Source of the DNA: Eledone cirrhosa | Lineage: Eukaryota | Assembly: GCA_964016885.1 (NCBI GenBank) | Contig: OZ024740.1 | Span: forward strand, 426,746,001-426,810,000 | Direction of reading: 5' to 3' | DNA: 64,000 nucleotides | Part shown: positions 1 to 13,735 of the stretch, one piece after another | Layout of the letters: the number at the start of each line of letters is the position of its first letter | How positions within the stretch are numbered: position 1 is the stretch's first letter | Program-made: the position numbers and the translations under genes | The notes under the pieces: generated by a model | The model's database searches: none | What the model was told of the DNA's origin: nothing | Seen by the model: only the letters and a program-made list of their open reading frames with translations

Positions 1-2
1 CG

Positions 3-128
3 GTGGCTTACCTGACCAAGGATCCCCGCGAGGTGGGGTGGCTGTTGCAGCGAATGTCGCTGGCCATTGTTCACGGGATTGCTTTTGTGATCTTGCAAAG
101 GACTAACAAGTTTCTCTGTAAAGACTGA
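3..128 (+). mobile_element. C-terminus of an RLE-type (CRE-clade-like) non-LTR retrotransposon ORF, truncated by the window edge
   Basis: Frame from 3 reads VAYLTKDPREVGWLLQRMSLAIVHGIAFVILQRTNKFLCKD*. This resembles the CRE-type terminal motif 'GDPRE..FLFQRLS.A.QRGNA..IL' that follows the restriction-like endonuclease. Confidence 0.65.
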
Positions 129-384
129 AGGGTGAGTTCATTTAATAGTGCAACAACTATTGCCCTTACTAAGGATTCTAGTATCTGTCTGTTAGCGTTG
201 TTTGAGGGATCCACTGGTGGGATAAGAAACTTGGTCAGTCCAAAATTAAGAAAATTGTTTTAGAACAAGTAGGTAAAATATACATAGATACATACATATA
301 TACACACTTAAGTACATACATAAATACGTGCGTACAAACATATATATATACATAAATACATACAAACATATATATATACATCTG

Positions 385-432
<48 letters not shown>

Positions 433-490
433 CCTTTAATGTCTTTCCCCCACTCCCCCTCACACCCTCGGAACTCTTTTCCCTCCCACT

Positions 491-533
491 TTTCTCCTGA
501 TGAAGGGCTTATGCCCGAAACGTCGTCCCCGAG
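491..533 (+). ncRNA. Minimal hammerhead ribozyme motif (Penelope pLTR type), weak stem I
   Basis: CTGATGA-a-gggc-ttat-gccc-GAAA-cgtcg-TC, inside a ~180-bp unit between TA-rich microsatellites. Confidence 0.6.
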
Positions 534-837
534 CTCCCACTCTCAACCATGAACCTAATACTAACACTTTGTATTGCACTCTTCGTTATTGTTTTTGTTT
601 TCTGTTTTAACTATATATATATATATACATATATATATATGTTTGAACGTGTGTGTGTGCGCGCATGATTGTGTGTATATCTAGTGTACGATAAAGGTAG
701 TCAACACATTCTGGTGAAGTATATCTTGGTTATCAATTTAGAATATTGAATACTAAGAAAGATTTTTCTGTTTTAGATAGCCTTAAGTGAAGAATTTTTG
801 TTATTTTCTTTGTTATTGCTGGCATTATTGGTGTTTA

Positions 838-990
838 GCGGTGGATTGACAGTATCGGTAGAGGGTCTGACGCTATGCTTTATAGCAAAGCGTTACGGCC
901 CTTTATGGTCTGAGTTCAAATCCCGCCGAGGTTAACTTTGCCTTTCATCCTTATGGGTTCGATAAAATAAAGCACCAGTAATACACTGGG
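838..990 (+). mobile_element. tRNA-derived SINE, family A
   Basis: B-box-like tgagttcaaatccc followed by gccgaggttaactttgcctttcatcc...gataaaataaagcaccagta; the same sequence recurs at 2835, 14765, 16880 and 26693. Confidence 0.75.
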
Positions 991-1465
991 ATAATTATTG
1001 GTGTTTAGCCCTAGGTATATACTGATCCAACAAACCTATGATGGAAGGTCTTACGGCTGCGACAGTGTTAGCTTTCTTTTCTACTCTTAATATATCAAGA
1101 ACCACATTATCTTCTTTGTAAGCGGGTTCGACTACATTGACATGAAAGCTCTCACATAGCAATGTGATATGATTTTTATTATTCTTCACGCTATTGCGTT
1201 GGCAATCACTCGTTTTTTAAGCGCTGAGAATATAAAGAATGATATGCTCATGCACAGAGATGCTATAAATTAGGGTTAACACCCTTAAAAGTCTGAAAAA
1301 GAAATTACCATAGGCCAGTATGAGAAATTGAACACTACATCTCCATAGCAATTATTTGGGTGATACAGGGTTCAAGTCCTCATAGCTGCCGATGGCGACA
1401 CTTTTTCCGTCTTTTAAAGGTCTTCAACCTATTTTGTAATTTATTTTATAGCATTTCTCCACAGT

Positions 1466-1607
1466 GAAGGCGCATGGCTTAGTGGTTAGAGTATTGGGCT
1501 TGCAATGGAAAGCTTGTGAGTTCAATTCTCAGATCGGGTGATGTGTTGTTTCCTTGAGCAAGACACTTATTTCACGTTGCTCCAGTTTACTCAGCTGTAG
1601 AAATGAG
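1466..1607 (+). mobile_element. tRNA-derived SINE, family B (CORE/V-like central domain)
   Basis: A-box tggcttagtggtt, B-box gagttcaattc, then tccttgagcaagacactt; second copy at 23401. Confidence 0.7.
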
Positions 1608-2834
1608 ATGATAAGACTGGGGTCCCTATCATTAAATCACCCAATACACCTCCAACGAGATATACCTTGGAGGAGGCCAGCTAAACCTGCATAGGTGTGA
1701 GCTGTCACACACATCACACACATTTCTGCACATGTGAACATCATCCTTTATATCAACTGATTTTCATTTTTGTTGCTAAAAGTTTCGGTGGAAAATAATG
1801 CTTAAAAAAGTAATTGGTCCATCTATTTGACTCTTGTGAGTGAGTTAATCTATTTCGTAGTAACTTCGATTAAACTTCAATTGTAACATAATGTTTTACC
1901 TATTTATTTTGGAGTTCTGAAGATAATAAGAATCATCAGATTCCAGTCACATATACGGATTTAAAGCTTAGCAGGATCTCTTCAGTGTAATGTTAAATTT
2001 TAGATATTGATGAGTGTCAATTTTACATTTTTCTTTCCTATATTTTCTCTATATTTTAAAGAATACAATAGTTTAGGGATTAATTTCATATTATAAAACC
2101 TAGTTAAACTATATATTTCCAAGTCTATCTATATGAAGCCGCAATTAATTTCTTTTCCGCGTTCCACTACCGTTGGTAAATAACCTATCTTCTTTACAGT
2201 ATCAGGAATTCCTTATGGGGACACTAGACGCTTCACATGCTCTACAGATTGAAATACATATGTTAATATCACTCTGATCGATTGACAAGGTCCCACACCT
2301 CATTCGCTTGCCGATTGGGGCGGAGCTCGTTAAATCGCACCAAGGGAATAATGTTTCCATTGGTCTTTCCATTGCTGATACTATCTAGCGGGCATAAGGA
2401 ACAACGCGAAATAAATGTCTTCTTCAAGGACACAGTGCATCAATTGATCATAGAATTGAACTCGCAACCTCACGATTGCGAATCCAACTCTTTAACCACC
2501 AATCCACCCACCTGCACATATGATAATATAGTCTTTGATATAGAAATCGGGATTGCTTCAGCAACAACTTACTCATGGCTACAACTATCTCCACAATACA
2601 TTACACCGTTGTGTGAGTCTCTCTGTTGAACATCTTGTTACAAAGACCATTGAAAGCTCGCTAAAAGAACACATAGGAAATATGTAGGTGTAGATGCATT
2701 AAATTTGTAAATAATAGAATACAGGACGGTCACATCTGGAAAGTTTTTTGTAATTTCTATGCTGAATAAGTCTCAGTTGGAGGTAAACAAGAATGACAAC
2801 CACCTTCACATATCAGATGTCATTTGCTACATTA

Positions 2835-3050
2835 AAGGCGGTAGATTGGCAGAATCGGTAGGGCGTCGGACATCATGCTTTCCGATATAGAGTTACGTCC
2901 CTTTATGTTCTGAGTTCAAATCCCACCGAGGTTAGCTTTGCCCTTCATCCTTACAGGGTCACATAAAATAAAGTACAAATAATACACTAGAATATATTTA
3001 ATCGACTTTCCCCGTCCCTCAAATTGCTGGCCATTTGCCTAAACCAGAAG
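2835..3050 (+). mobile_element. tRNA-derived SINE, family A
   Basis: aaggcggtagattggcagaatcggtag...tgagttcaaatcccaccgaggttagctttgcccttcatcc...aaataaagtac. Confidence 0.75.
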
Positions 3051-4702
3051 CCATTATTTGCTATAGTAACGAAAACATTTTTTATCTTAACAAAAAATAT
3101 TTACAATATTCCACTAGTATTTCTTGTTATAAAGAAAACCACGATATATTCAGATTTGTTGATATATTTTACACATGATAAGGCAGAAGTATTTATAAGA
3201 TTTTTAGGCTGCAATGATACAATTGATAGAAAAGACATACGTAGCATCGGCAATAATCTAATTTATTAGCACCTGTTTGTATTTAATATGTGATTATCTA
3301 ACATGGCGTCAACTTGATAACAATCACTTCTTTTATCTTCCATTGAAAGATGGATGGGCAACATTAAAAGAATGAATTCACAGACACACACACTAACACA
3401 AAAATGAGTTTACATAGAATAATTATGAAGAAGCAGATAAAGATAACAATGAGAAAGCTACCTAGAGCTAATGAAGGAACTCTTCAAGTTTGGAATTACC
3501 TTGAATACCAAAGGCGAGTGATATCACCCATTCCTATTCTCCGACATACAGGTGAAAGCTGAGAATGGCCCCATTTGGAGGAGCAATTTTTATGCCTCTT
3601 GCTTATCTTTTAGCAAATTTTCTGGAATGCAGCACCTCCTTATCAATCTACATTACCACCATCTACACGTGGGAGTGGAAGCAGTCGATGTGGGCTTTTC
3701 CGAATAGAAACGTATTTGTATTTAGTCTTTTCAAACTTGTATATTATAGATTTTCTCGATTTTTATAGGTCGCATTTCTCTTCCTGATCAAATAAAGATG
3801 GAAAGGGTGTGTTCCATAATATGTCTGGTAATACCAGCCATCTTAGACGTTCGAAATAACCTTAAAGTTTGTAATTTAACGAATTAGTGCAGAACATTTC
3901 GTTTCATTCTGAATTTATTGAAATATACTAGTTGTCGATACTTTCAACAGAGCTTATCCGCAGTCGGCAATGCACACCAGTAGCATTGTAATATTCGTGA
4001 TATTGTCCAGGGGTGGCTGAAAACTCTCTGGAATAAATTGCTCAGTTGATTTGCGTCCATACTTAGAATTTCTCCGAGAACCTCGTGACATTTGCGTACC
4101 ACATGATTTCTATACAATGCACGGGTTGACATGGCATTGCTGGTAGAGAATTGTGAGAGCCGGATAATGTTTTAGAACCCGGGCGCCCAATCACATTCTT
4201 CACTTAATTCGAAAGAACAGCACCGCCAAAATAACGAGTACAGAAAAACAGGTCTCCTAAATTTAAAAAAAAAGCGCTTCTTTCAACATATATCTGTCAA
4301 CATCTATATGTAGTAATAAATCTTCGCCAAATTATGAATACATTATTTCAATTGGGAGGTATTAACAATCTCCTCTATACAATTGCTTTCTCGTATATTT
4401 TGCAGACATATCGTTGACGTTGTCAAATGATATAGTAATCACTCATCCAACTTCAAATGGCCTACTTGCTCGTATCAGTGTCATCAAGAACAAACGAAAA
4501 ACAATCCATAATATTGTATTGATATAAAATATGTTTTCACTTGATATTTTCTACTGAAAAATATTATATCCAGCTGTTCTATCGATATATGCCAAGTGAT
4601 ATCATTCTATTAGACAGTTTGAATTTGAAGAGCTCAAATCCAGTTGGCTAAGGTCAGCGTTCTCACTGAGCTAGTTATCCATGCATTATATTCCTATATA
4701 TT

Positions 4703-5519
4703 TTTAGGGCCTTAGATAAATGCTTCCCTCCTTCACATATTTATAGTAAGATCTTTAATAAGCATACAATTAAATTCTCTTATTCCACCACTTCTAACAT
4801 CTCCAACATTATCTCAAAACATAATAATAAAATATTAAGTAATAAATTATATCCATCCAAGACTGAGCGTCATAATAATAGCAATAGTAAGCCCGACGTC
4901 AATGTTAACTCTAGGCTAGATTACGTAAATTTAAATACGACGTCAAACGTAACTCTGTCGAATGTTCACAATACCAGTCTAAATCATGAAACTTTAGCAC
5001 CTATCGTAAGTAACTTCTCCAAATCAATTCCTTCTATAAATAATACTGGGTCACTTGCTAATAACTCTGGTAATTTCTCTAATCGTAATGGCAATTGCCC
5101 TATTAGAACTAAATGTCCTCTTAGTAACCAATGTCTTGATAAAAATTTAGTGTATGAATGTAAGGGTATAACTGGTACCAATTCTTTTACCTATTTTGGT
5201 TCCACTTCCACTTCCTTTAAAGCAAGATTTTATAATCACAATTCCTCTTTTAAATACCAACTTAAAAGAACTAACACGGAACTCTCAGAACTCATATGGT
5301 CCTTAAAGGACAAAAATATTAACTACAACATTTCTTGGAGGAAGGTTTGCAACGCCTCTCCTTACCTTATTTTCTTCCCTATTCAGAACATGTAATCTCT
5401 GCCTAGCCGAAAAATTTACCATTATCTCTAATTTTAATTCTATAATAAATAGACGTACGGATTTATTTTCGCTCTGCTTGCATAAATCCCATAGAACTTT
5501 CCATAAAGTATACAGCTAA
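4703..5519 (+). pseudogene. Penelope GIY-YIG endonuclease domain pseudogene (frameshift near 5365)
   Basis: VY...YFG GIY-YIG variant, catalytic R in FKARFYNH, Cys-rich CPL..QC linker and CNLC motif. Confidence 0.8.
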
Positions 5520-6484
5520 TATCTTACTACCTAATTAGTTTAAAATCTTCTTTTCTCAAACGCTTTTATATTTTTTACAAATATACCCAACTTTCTACCT
5601 TATTTCAGTATATTATACAATATTACCCATTCTATGTCATTAGCGGTCCCCTAATTTCTTTCTTTCTTAATGTCTAATCTTTAATCTGCAACTTTTACTT
5701 CTCAATTACTTCTTAATTCAACTTATAACTCACTATAGCATTTTTCTTATATTCTCGGCCATACAAATCTTTATTTTTAATATATACTAATATTACCATT
5801 AGAGAAAGTTTGTAAACATATTTTTTTGACGTTATATATTTTTTCTTCCTTGAATGTTTTCTTTCTTCTCTCCTTCCGTGCTCATATTAAATCTATTATT
5901 TACTTTTTCCTATTACAATATATAGAAACAAACTTGGACCCTAATTAATTCTTCTAAGTTCATAATTCATTTAACCTTATCTTCATTCACCTTATCTCCT
6001 TAATATATTTTATTTTAATAATACATTTTAATAAATTCCTTTTCGCACATCTTATTAAACCCTTCAATATATAAACCTTAAATAAATAGTATTCTTAATT
6101 CCTTTTTCTTTAATCATAAGCATCACCATTCATAAACCTCATTAACTTTTAATTTCTTAATTTTTTAAATTATGTATTATCTTACATCGGTTTTTAAATT
6201 TTTCTCTGTGAGACAGAGTTTCTCAGTATTAAAGGTTATCTCTCTCTCTCTCATTCATTTCTCCTTCTCTCTCATCCTTCCTTTTTATACTCCTCCTCCG
6301 TCCTCCTTTCCTTATTATTATATTTTTTCTTCTATCTATATTCATTCTTCCTCTTCCTTACCTTTTCTTTCCCCCTTCCTTTCCTTTTTTCCAATCTCAT
6401 ATATCCCTCTTATCTTATTTCTCATATGTTGATTTGACACTTCACTGCTCGCAAGTGGTTTTTAAGCTTCATATCATGTCTCCC

Positions 6485-6555
6485 TATTTTATCTGATGAG
6501 AACGCAAATATCATCCCATGATGATATTTGTTTTTGAAATGCGCATAATAAAATA
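6485..6555 (+). ncRNA. Type I hammerhead ribozyme in Penelope pLTR
   Basis: tattttat-CTGATGA-[stem II caaatatcatc/gatgatatttg]-GAAA-tgcgca-TA-ataaaata; perfect 8-bp stem I and palindromic stem III. Confidence 0.85.
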
Positions 6556-6585
6556 CATGGAACTCTTTTAAGCATCTTTTGATTT

Positions 6586-6589
<4 letters not shown>

Positions 6590-6642
<53 letters not shown>

Positions 6643-6664
6643 CATATACATAGATATAGATATA

Positions 6665-6755
<91 letters not shown>

Positions 6756-7400
6756 GTACATATATTTATGAATATTTTATATAGTATATATATATATAGA
6801 TAGATAGATAGATAGATAGATATAGATATATATAGAGTGCGAGGGGAGAGAGAAAGAGAAAGATAGAGGGGAATGAATCCATAACTACATACTGATACAC
6901 TACATATACACTGAGATAGCAGTACTTATATATGTGGATATAGAAGTACAATCTATATATATAAATGCATACATATATAAATACATGCATACAAACAGGC
7001 ATACATTCATACATAAATATATACATACATACACAAATATATACATACATACATACAGAGAGAGGTAAGCCGGTTAATACATATGTACATAGATATACAT
7101 ACATACGCAAATACATACACACTTACGTACGTACATACATACATACATACATACATATATACATACATACATATATACATACATAGAGAGGAAGGTCGGT
7201 AAATACATCTGTACATAGATATACATACATACGCAAATACATACATACACAAATACAAACATATACAAATACATACATACGTATATACATACGTACATAC
7301 ATACGTACATACGTACATACGTACATACGTACATACATACGTACATACATACGTACATAGACAGGTAGGTCGGTAAATACATCTGTACATAGATATACAT
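6590..7400. repeat. Compound (TA)n/(TAGA)n/(TACA)n microsatellite with a thrice-repeated ~40-bp spacer
   Basis: Spacer like aggtaggtcggtaaatacatctgtacatagatatacata near 7060, 7190 and 7360. Confidence 0.85.
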
Positions 7401-7619
7401 AAGATCTCTGAATGACAGTTACGGTCTTCAGTCGGTCGGTGATTGGTTTATCGTCGACCTTCTGTCTCACTTAGTGTTCCTCTTCACCGACCAATCTGAC
7501 AAGCAATGTCGGAAAACTTTTATGGTAGCCAGCTGACAAGTATTTCTGATAGGAACGCAAGTACCTCTGACCGTTATCGACTCTCCACTTCATACTAACA
7601 ACCGACACGTTCAAACAAT

Positions 7620-8938
7620 CCACCGCCACCATCATAACTGCCACCGCCACCGCCATCACAACTTCCACCACCGCCATCACAACTTCTATATACCTACCAT
7701 CATAACTTCCACCGCCACCATCATAACTTCCACCACCACCATCACAACTTCCACCGCCACCATCATAACTTCCACCACCACCATCACAACTTCCACCACC
7801 ACCATCACAACTTCCACCACCACCATCACAACTTCCACCACCACCATCACAACTTCCACCACCACCATCATAACTTCCACCGCCACCATCACAACTTCCA
7901 CCGCCACCATCATAACTTCCACCACCACCATCACAACTTCCACCACCACCATCACAACTTCCACCGCCACCATCATAACTTCCACCACCACCATCACAAC
8001 TTCCACCACCACCATCACAACTTCCACCACCACCATCACAACTTCCACCGCCACCATCACAACTTCCACCATCACAACTTCCACCACCACCATCACAACT
8101 TCCACCACCACCATCATAACTTCCACCGCCACCATCACAACTTCCACCGCCACCATCATAACTTCCACCACCACCATCACAACTTCCACCACCACCATCA
8201 TAACTTCCACCACCACCATCACAACTTCCACCGCCACCATCATAACTTCCACCGCCACCATCACAACTTCCACCACCACCATCACAACTTCCACCACCAC
8301 CATCATAACTTCCACCACCACCATCACAACTTCCACCACCACCATCATAACTTCCACCACCACCATCACAACTTCCACCGCCACCATCATAACTTCCACC
8401 GCCACCATCACAACTTCCACCACCACCATCACAACTTCCACCACCACCATCATAACTTCCACCACCACCATCACAACTTCCACCGCCACCATCATAACTT
8501 CCACCACCACCACCACCACCACCACCACCACCACCACCACCACCACCACCACCACCACCACCACCACCACCACCACCACCATCACAACTACCTCCACTAC
8601 CACCACCACCACCACCACCACTACCACCACCATCACAACCACCACCACCACCACAACCACCACCACCACCATCATCACAACCACCACCATCACAACCACC
8701 ACCACCGCCACCATCGCAACCACCACCATCACAACCACCACCACCACCATCATCACAACCACCACCATCACAACCACCACCACCGCCACCATCGCAACCA
8801 CCACCATCACAACCACCACCACCACAACCACCACCAACACCATCGCAACAACCACCATCACAACCACCACCACCACAACCACCACCACCGCCATCACAAC
8901 CCCCCCCCCCATCCTCCACCACCACCATCATAACCACC
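7620..8938. repeat. 21-bp minisatellite (caccaccaccatcacaacttc) grading into (CAC)n and degenerate CAC-based repeats
   Basis: Direct reading; produces the spurious Gly-rich and Val-rich ORFs. Confidence 0.95.
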
Positions 8939-9007
8939 TACTTATATATATATATATATATATATCTATATTGTACATGTGTACTCGTCTCTACCACACT
9001 AATTCGG

Positions 9008-9060
9008 ACTGTGAAGAGGTCACAGCCGAAGATGGCGGTCACCGAAATATATATAGCAGT
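9008..9060 (+). ncRNA. Degenerate hammerhead motif (same family as 62472)
   Basis: actg-TGAAGA-ggt...acc-GAAA-tatata-TA-gcagt; core C3 missing. Confidence 0.55.
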
Positions 9061-9101
9061 AATAACCGAAGCCAAATTTTAAACATTTGACTTATTTATT
9101 T

Positions 9102-9146
<45 letters not shown>

Positions 9147-9212
9147 GAAGAGAGAAGAAACATTTAGATATAATTAGTAATAAAATGTATCATACCTAAA
9201 CTGTTCCTAGAT

Positions 9213-9302
9213 TCCTCGACTACGTAGTTTCGTGGCATAAACAAAAACAATACATCATAAAGATATAGAGTCCTTGCGAGGTCTGCCGACTTATCAAGAG
9301 GA
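9213..9302 (-). ncRNA. Type I hammerhead, U3-A8 core variant, long stem II
   Basis: Reverse complement: tcctc-TTGATAA-gtcggca...tgccac-GAAA-ctacgtag-TC-gagga; palindromic stem III and GUC cleavage triplet. Confidence 0.75.
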
Positions 9303-9522
9303 TACCTCATTTTACTAGTCTCAAGAACGCGTCTACACGACATGAGAAAGAATCCCAAAAGGCGGAGGGGGAGATAGTCACGCGATATAACGGTCGAGAA
9401 ACAGAGCTAAGCCTCTTATAACCCCGAAGAAAATACCACGGAGGCGGAGGGGGTATTTATATCGAAGCCGTAGAAGAGGTGGTGAAGGAGGGGAGAAGTA
9501 TGAGTAATGGCTGCTTTCCACT

Positions 9523-9635
9523 GCTTGAGCACTGCCGTCGGGGGTCATACTGTTTCCTATTTCCCACTCTTCTACCCTAAGTCTTGAGTACTCTGGTGCA
9601 TTATGTCCATCTGGTTCCTTACTACAATTCCTTTG

Positions 9636-9705
<70 letters not shown>

Positions 9706-9736
9706 CGTTATTGGCAACATGACCCTCCCAAAGTAT

Positions 9737-9800
<64 letters not shown>

Positions 9801-9998
9801 CAAAGGAATTGTAGTAAGGAACCAGATGGACATAATGCACCAGAGTACTCAAGACTTAGGGTAGAAGAGTGGGAAATAGGAAACAGTATGACCCCCGACG
9901 GCAGTGCTCAAGCCGTTTCGATGGCTATTTCTGGACTTATTTCCAGAAATAGCCGTCGAAACGGCTTGAGCTCTGCCGTCGGGGTCATAATTGTTCCT
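9523..9998. repeat. Nested inverted repeats around (TA)n
   Basis: ~9523-9640 is the reverse complement of ~9797-9913; a second hairpin spans ~9877-9998, centred near 9938. Confidence 0.9.
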
Positions 9999-10314
9999 AT
10001 ATATATATATATATATATATATATGCATATATTTATACATATATATATACATATATACACACATCTACATATATGTATATTTATACAAACCCATTCTCAC
10101 AAATACATTTATATATGCATACCATTGTCAGTTTATTTGTGGTGTGGAACAGGTGATCCGGAGATGCTTTCATTTTTGGCTTCCATTTTGCTTGGTTCGC
10201 AAGTAAAATTTATACGCCAAAACTTATCATCTTGAGGTTTCTCGTAATATTTATTCTTGTTTTTATTTCATTTTACAGATTAATGACTCATTCCTTCATT
10301 CTATATAGATGGAG

Positions 10315-10411
<97 letters not shown>

Positions 10412-10412
10412 T

Positions 10413-10473
<61 letters not shown>

Positions 10474-11419
10474 TATATATGTTTCGTTTCCCACGACCTC
10501 ACAATATGTCTAGCGTAAACGATTATATTATTTTTCTTGTAAGTAATATTCTTATATTCCAATACTTTCGTTCCTTCCTTCTAATACCTCAGTAGGACTC
10601 TCATATATATTTTCTCCTTCCGTTTAATTCTTCCGACGGAATGTCACTCTCTGAGTCTATGGATTTCTCTATTATTTCACCTTTCTTTACGTATCAGCTT
10701 GTATGAGAAATAAAGTTACTTAAATATGAAGAACGCCAAACATTTTGAGGTGTAGGGAACACTAGATTAATTAACCTGAAGTAGTATATCGGAACTCATT
10801 TTATTGACCCTGAAAAGATGAAGAACATAGCGGACCCTGTCAGGATTTGAAGCCGTAACGTAGAGCTCCGTAATTAAGTAGCATGAAAATATACTTCTGA
10901 TGTTGATGTTCTGTCTTTTGTGTTAACCCACAAGCAATGCAACAGTAAATAAATGGTTTCAATGTGTGGATGGGACTTCAGAGTTCCTCACTCTTCATGC
11001 TTTATGTTTAAAATATAAAGGGAGGAAAATTAAGAATATTCATCCGATAGAAAAACGGATCTTAACGCATGCACTGCATAGACAATGATGCGAATGGGAT
11101 GTGTCCCATATATAGGAACAGATACTGGAATAGGAAAGAGGATTAGAAAACGACAAAAAAAGATCAACTCGTCGTATGAGAGCAACAAACACGAGACTGT
11201 TATCTTCATCAATGCCTAGAGACGTACTTGCTTACATATTTAGAAGGTATTTTAAAATTAAATATTAATATAATAGAAAAACAGGTATTCCTATAAAAGC
11301 CCTGATTAACAGAACGTATCATTTTGAGAAAAAACCCTGCACTATATTCCTTAGGTTAAGCCCACAGATTAACCGTCTGGGAATCTATAATAATAAACTG
11401 AATTGAAATCCAACAGGTG

Positions 11420-11502
<83 letters not shown>

Positions 11503-11653
11503 CATATATATTAAAGAGTTAAACAAGATTCAATGAGTATATCAAAGAATGAGTTTTACAGTAGATTAGAAGCACTCTACAGAAAATATTTTCCAGAGTT
11601 ATTAATATTAAAATTCAAATATTGATAAAATAGATGTTCTTGTGATTAATTAA

Positions 11654-11719
11654 ATTTTATTATACATATTTCAGAGGTACTTGAATCAGATTCAACAGTA
11701 CGTGCTCATCAGATAAAAT
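11654..11719 (-). ncRNA. Type I hammerhead ribozyme
   Basis: Reverse complement: attttat-CTGATGA-gcacgtac..ttgaa/ttcaa..gtac..-GAAA-tatgta-TA-ataaaat. Confidence 0.75.
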
Positions 11720-11813
11720 AAAATGATACATGATATACCCTGAGATGCTAGATGGTTAAGATTTAATCTTAATTGATTAAATCTTAACCATCTAACATCT
11801 CATGTATCATTTT

Positions 11814-11879
11814 ATTTTATCTGATGAGGACGTACTGTTGAACCTGATTCAAGTACTTCTGAAATATGTATAATAAAAT
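11814..11879 (+). ncRNA. Type I hammerhead ribozyme
   Basis: attttat-CTGATGA-ggacgtactgttgaacctgattcaagtacttct-GAAA-tatgta-TA-ataaaat. Confidence 0.75.
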
Positions 11880-11960
11880 TTAATTAATCACAAGAACATC
11901 TATTTTATCAATATTTGAATTTTAATATTATATATATATATAAATATATATATATATATG

Positions 11961-12440
<480 letters not shown>

Positions 12441-12659
12441 AATAGTTCTTCAGGTCACAGGTTGTTTTTTCATATATGAGTGCTTGAATTTCTTTTTACT
12501 TGAAAAAAGGAGGCTCACGAAGGCTTTTTTTTGGTTGGTTATAAATGAAATTTGGCTGTCACATGAACATATATATAAATGAGATGAGCGGAACAAACAA
12601 GCATTAAGCAATCTATTAAATAAATTAAAATACGATTTAAATACTCACCTGTTCAAAAT

Positions 12660-12738
12660 GCTGTAACCGACGGTTTCGTTTCACAAAAGATTGGAAATTC
12701 AGAGAATTTCCAATGGAAATATCAGCGCTTCAGACAGC
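12660..12738 (-). ncRNA. Degenerate hammerhead motif (core A9->C)
   Basis: Reverse complement: gctgt-CTGAAGC-...attggaaattc/gaatttccaat...-GAAA-ccgtcgg-TT-acagc; lies between ~42-bp inverted repeats at ~12573 and ~12873. Confidence 0.5.
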
Positions 12739-13016
12739 TATTTCAATTCTATAGGGCATAAAGCCGCACAGTTTGTAAATATATCGCTTACAGTCCGATG
12801 TATGAGGTCAGGCTGTTAAAGTGACCCACACATAAACAGGCCGTTAGTAAAAGCGGGAATATTATAGACTTAAGATTGTTTAATGCTTGCTTGTTCCGCC
12901 CATCTCATTTTATAGTTCTGGTATCTCAAATTAGTACCATTGAACAACAATTGTATTATAGACACCCTATATATTTCCGTAGACACTTAGTACCTGTGGA
13001 GATATTAATCTCATTT

Positions 13017-13087
<71 letters not shown>

Positions 13088-13267
13088 ATGTTGAAGTTTC
13101 CGTTGAAAAAGTGATAGGAATATACACACATTTACACACATCCCCTTATTATATTTCTTTATTTTTATTTTTTATACATTTCTTGTATTATTACTTTTAT
13201 TTATTTTTTGCCCGTTAAACTCTTAGCCTTTCTTGAGGAGATTTTTCAAATATTTCACTATGTTTTA

Positions 13268-13345
13268 AATTGCCTTGTCTGACGAACGAATGCAGACCTT
13301 TCTTGTAACCGTCTTATTCGGGAAACCTCTGGTAATCAGGTAATT
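13268..13345 (+). ncRNA. Type I hammerhead ribozyme
   Basis: aattgccttgt-CTGACGA-acgaat..agac..gtct..attcg-g-GAAA-cctctgg-TA-atcaggtaatt. Confidence 0.65.
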
Positions 13346-13392
13346 ATATCGTATTGTTTATTATATATATATATATATTATAGATAATGATA

Positions 13393-13735
13393 TATTAGAA
13401 AGTGAGGTTCTTTTTACAAAATGAAAAAAATTGAGGTGTCCTACACGAGTGAATGTATAAGGAAAAAAGATGAAATCGAAAATGCAACTGGAGTCTTTAA
13501 AAAAAAAAAAAATTAAGTGGTTCCTTTACCGGTTTCGCAGTTCTTGTGCTTTTCAAAAGTAGAATTGAGATGGAGGGCTTGTGGTTTTTCTCATATCTGG
13601 TTGGTGTTCGATTGTTACTTCTGTTTTTATGGAAATAAGTGGCTCGAAATGCTAGGTTTTTAGAGAAGTAATTTGGTTGTTTGATGACTGTCATGTGAAT
13701 AAGTATAATACATTTCGTGCCAGTTCGCGTTACAA
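13393..13735 (-). mobile_element. pLTR-like repeat, copy 2, with U3-A8 hammerhead at 13523-13560
   Basis: Reverse complement: ctt-TTGAAAA-gca-caagaac-tgc-GAAA-ccgg-TA-aag; homologous to 12104-12440. Confidence 0.75.

Larger units (their letters stand above)
4703..6590 (+). mobile_element. 5'-truncated Penelope-like element (Neptune-type): C-terminal GIY-YIG endonuclease, long AT-rich 3' UTR, and pLTR with hammerhead
   Basis: Open frame 4703-5395: ALDKCFPPSHIYSKIFNKHTIKFSYS...NCPIRTKCPLSNQCLDKNLVYEC...YFGSTSTSFKARFYNH...TELSELIWSLKDKNINYNISW. After a frameshift: CNLCLAEK...NRRTDLFSLCLH...*. Ends in (TA)n. Confidence 0.85.
11512..11930. mobile_element. Fold-back Penelope pLTR remnant (inverted repeat 11603-11930) with a hammerhead in each arm, flanked by (TA)n
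   Basis: Arms are near-perfect reverse complements; HHR at 11654-11719 (-) and 11814-11879 (+). Confidence 0.8.

Noticed and set aside
838-1607. tRNA genes suggested by A/B boxes
   Set aside because: No cloverleaf; these are heads of repeated SINEs.
3480-4240. Moderately GC-rich, coding-looking stretches
   Set aside because: The frames I translated have frequent stops and no recognisable motif; no supportable exon call.
7480-7570. Weak Penelope-like peptide (TSNVGK...DKYF)
   Set aside because: Multiple stops and too short; may be chance.
7471-8937. 488-aa Gly-rich and 408-aa Val-rich ORFs
   Set aside because: Products of CAC-based mini- and microsatellite; several frames are open simply because the repeat lacks stops.
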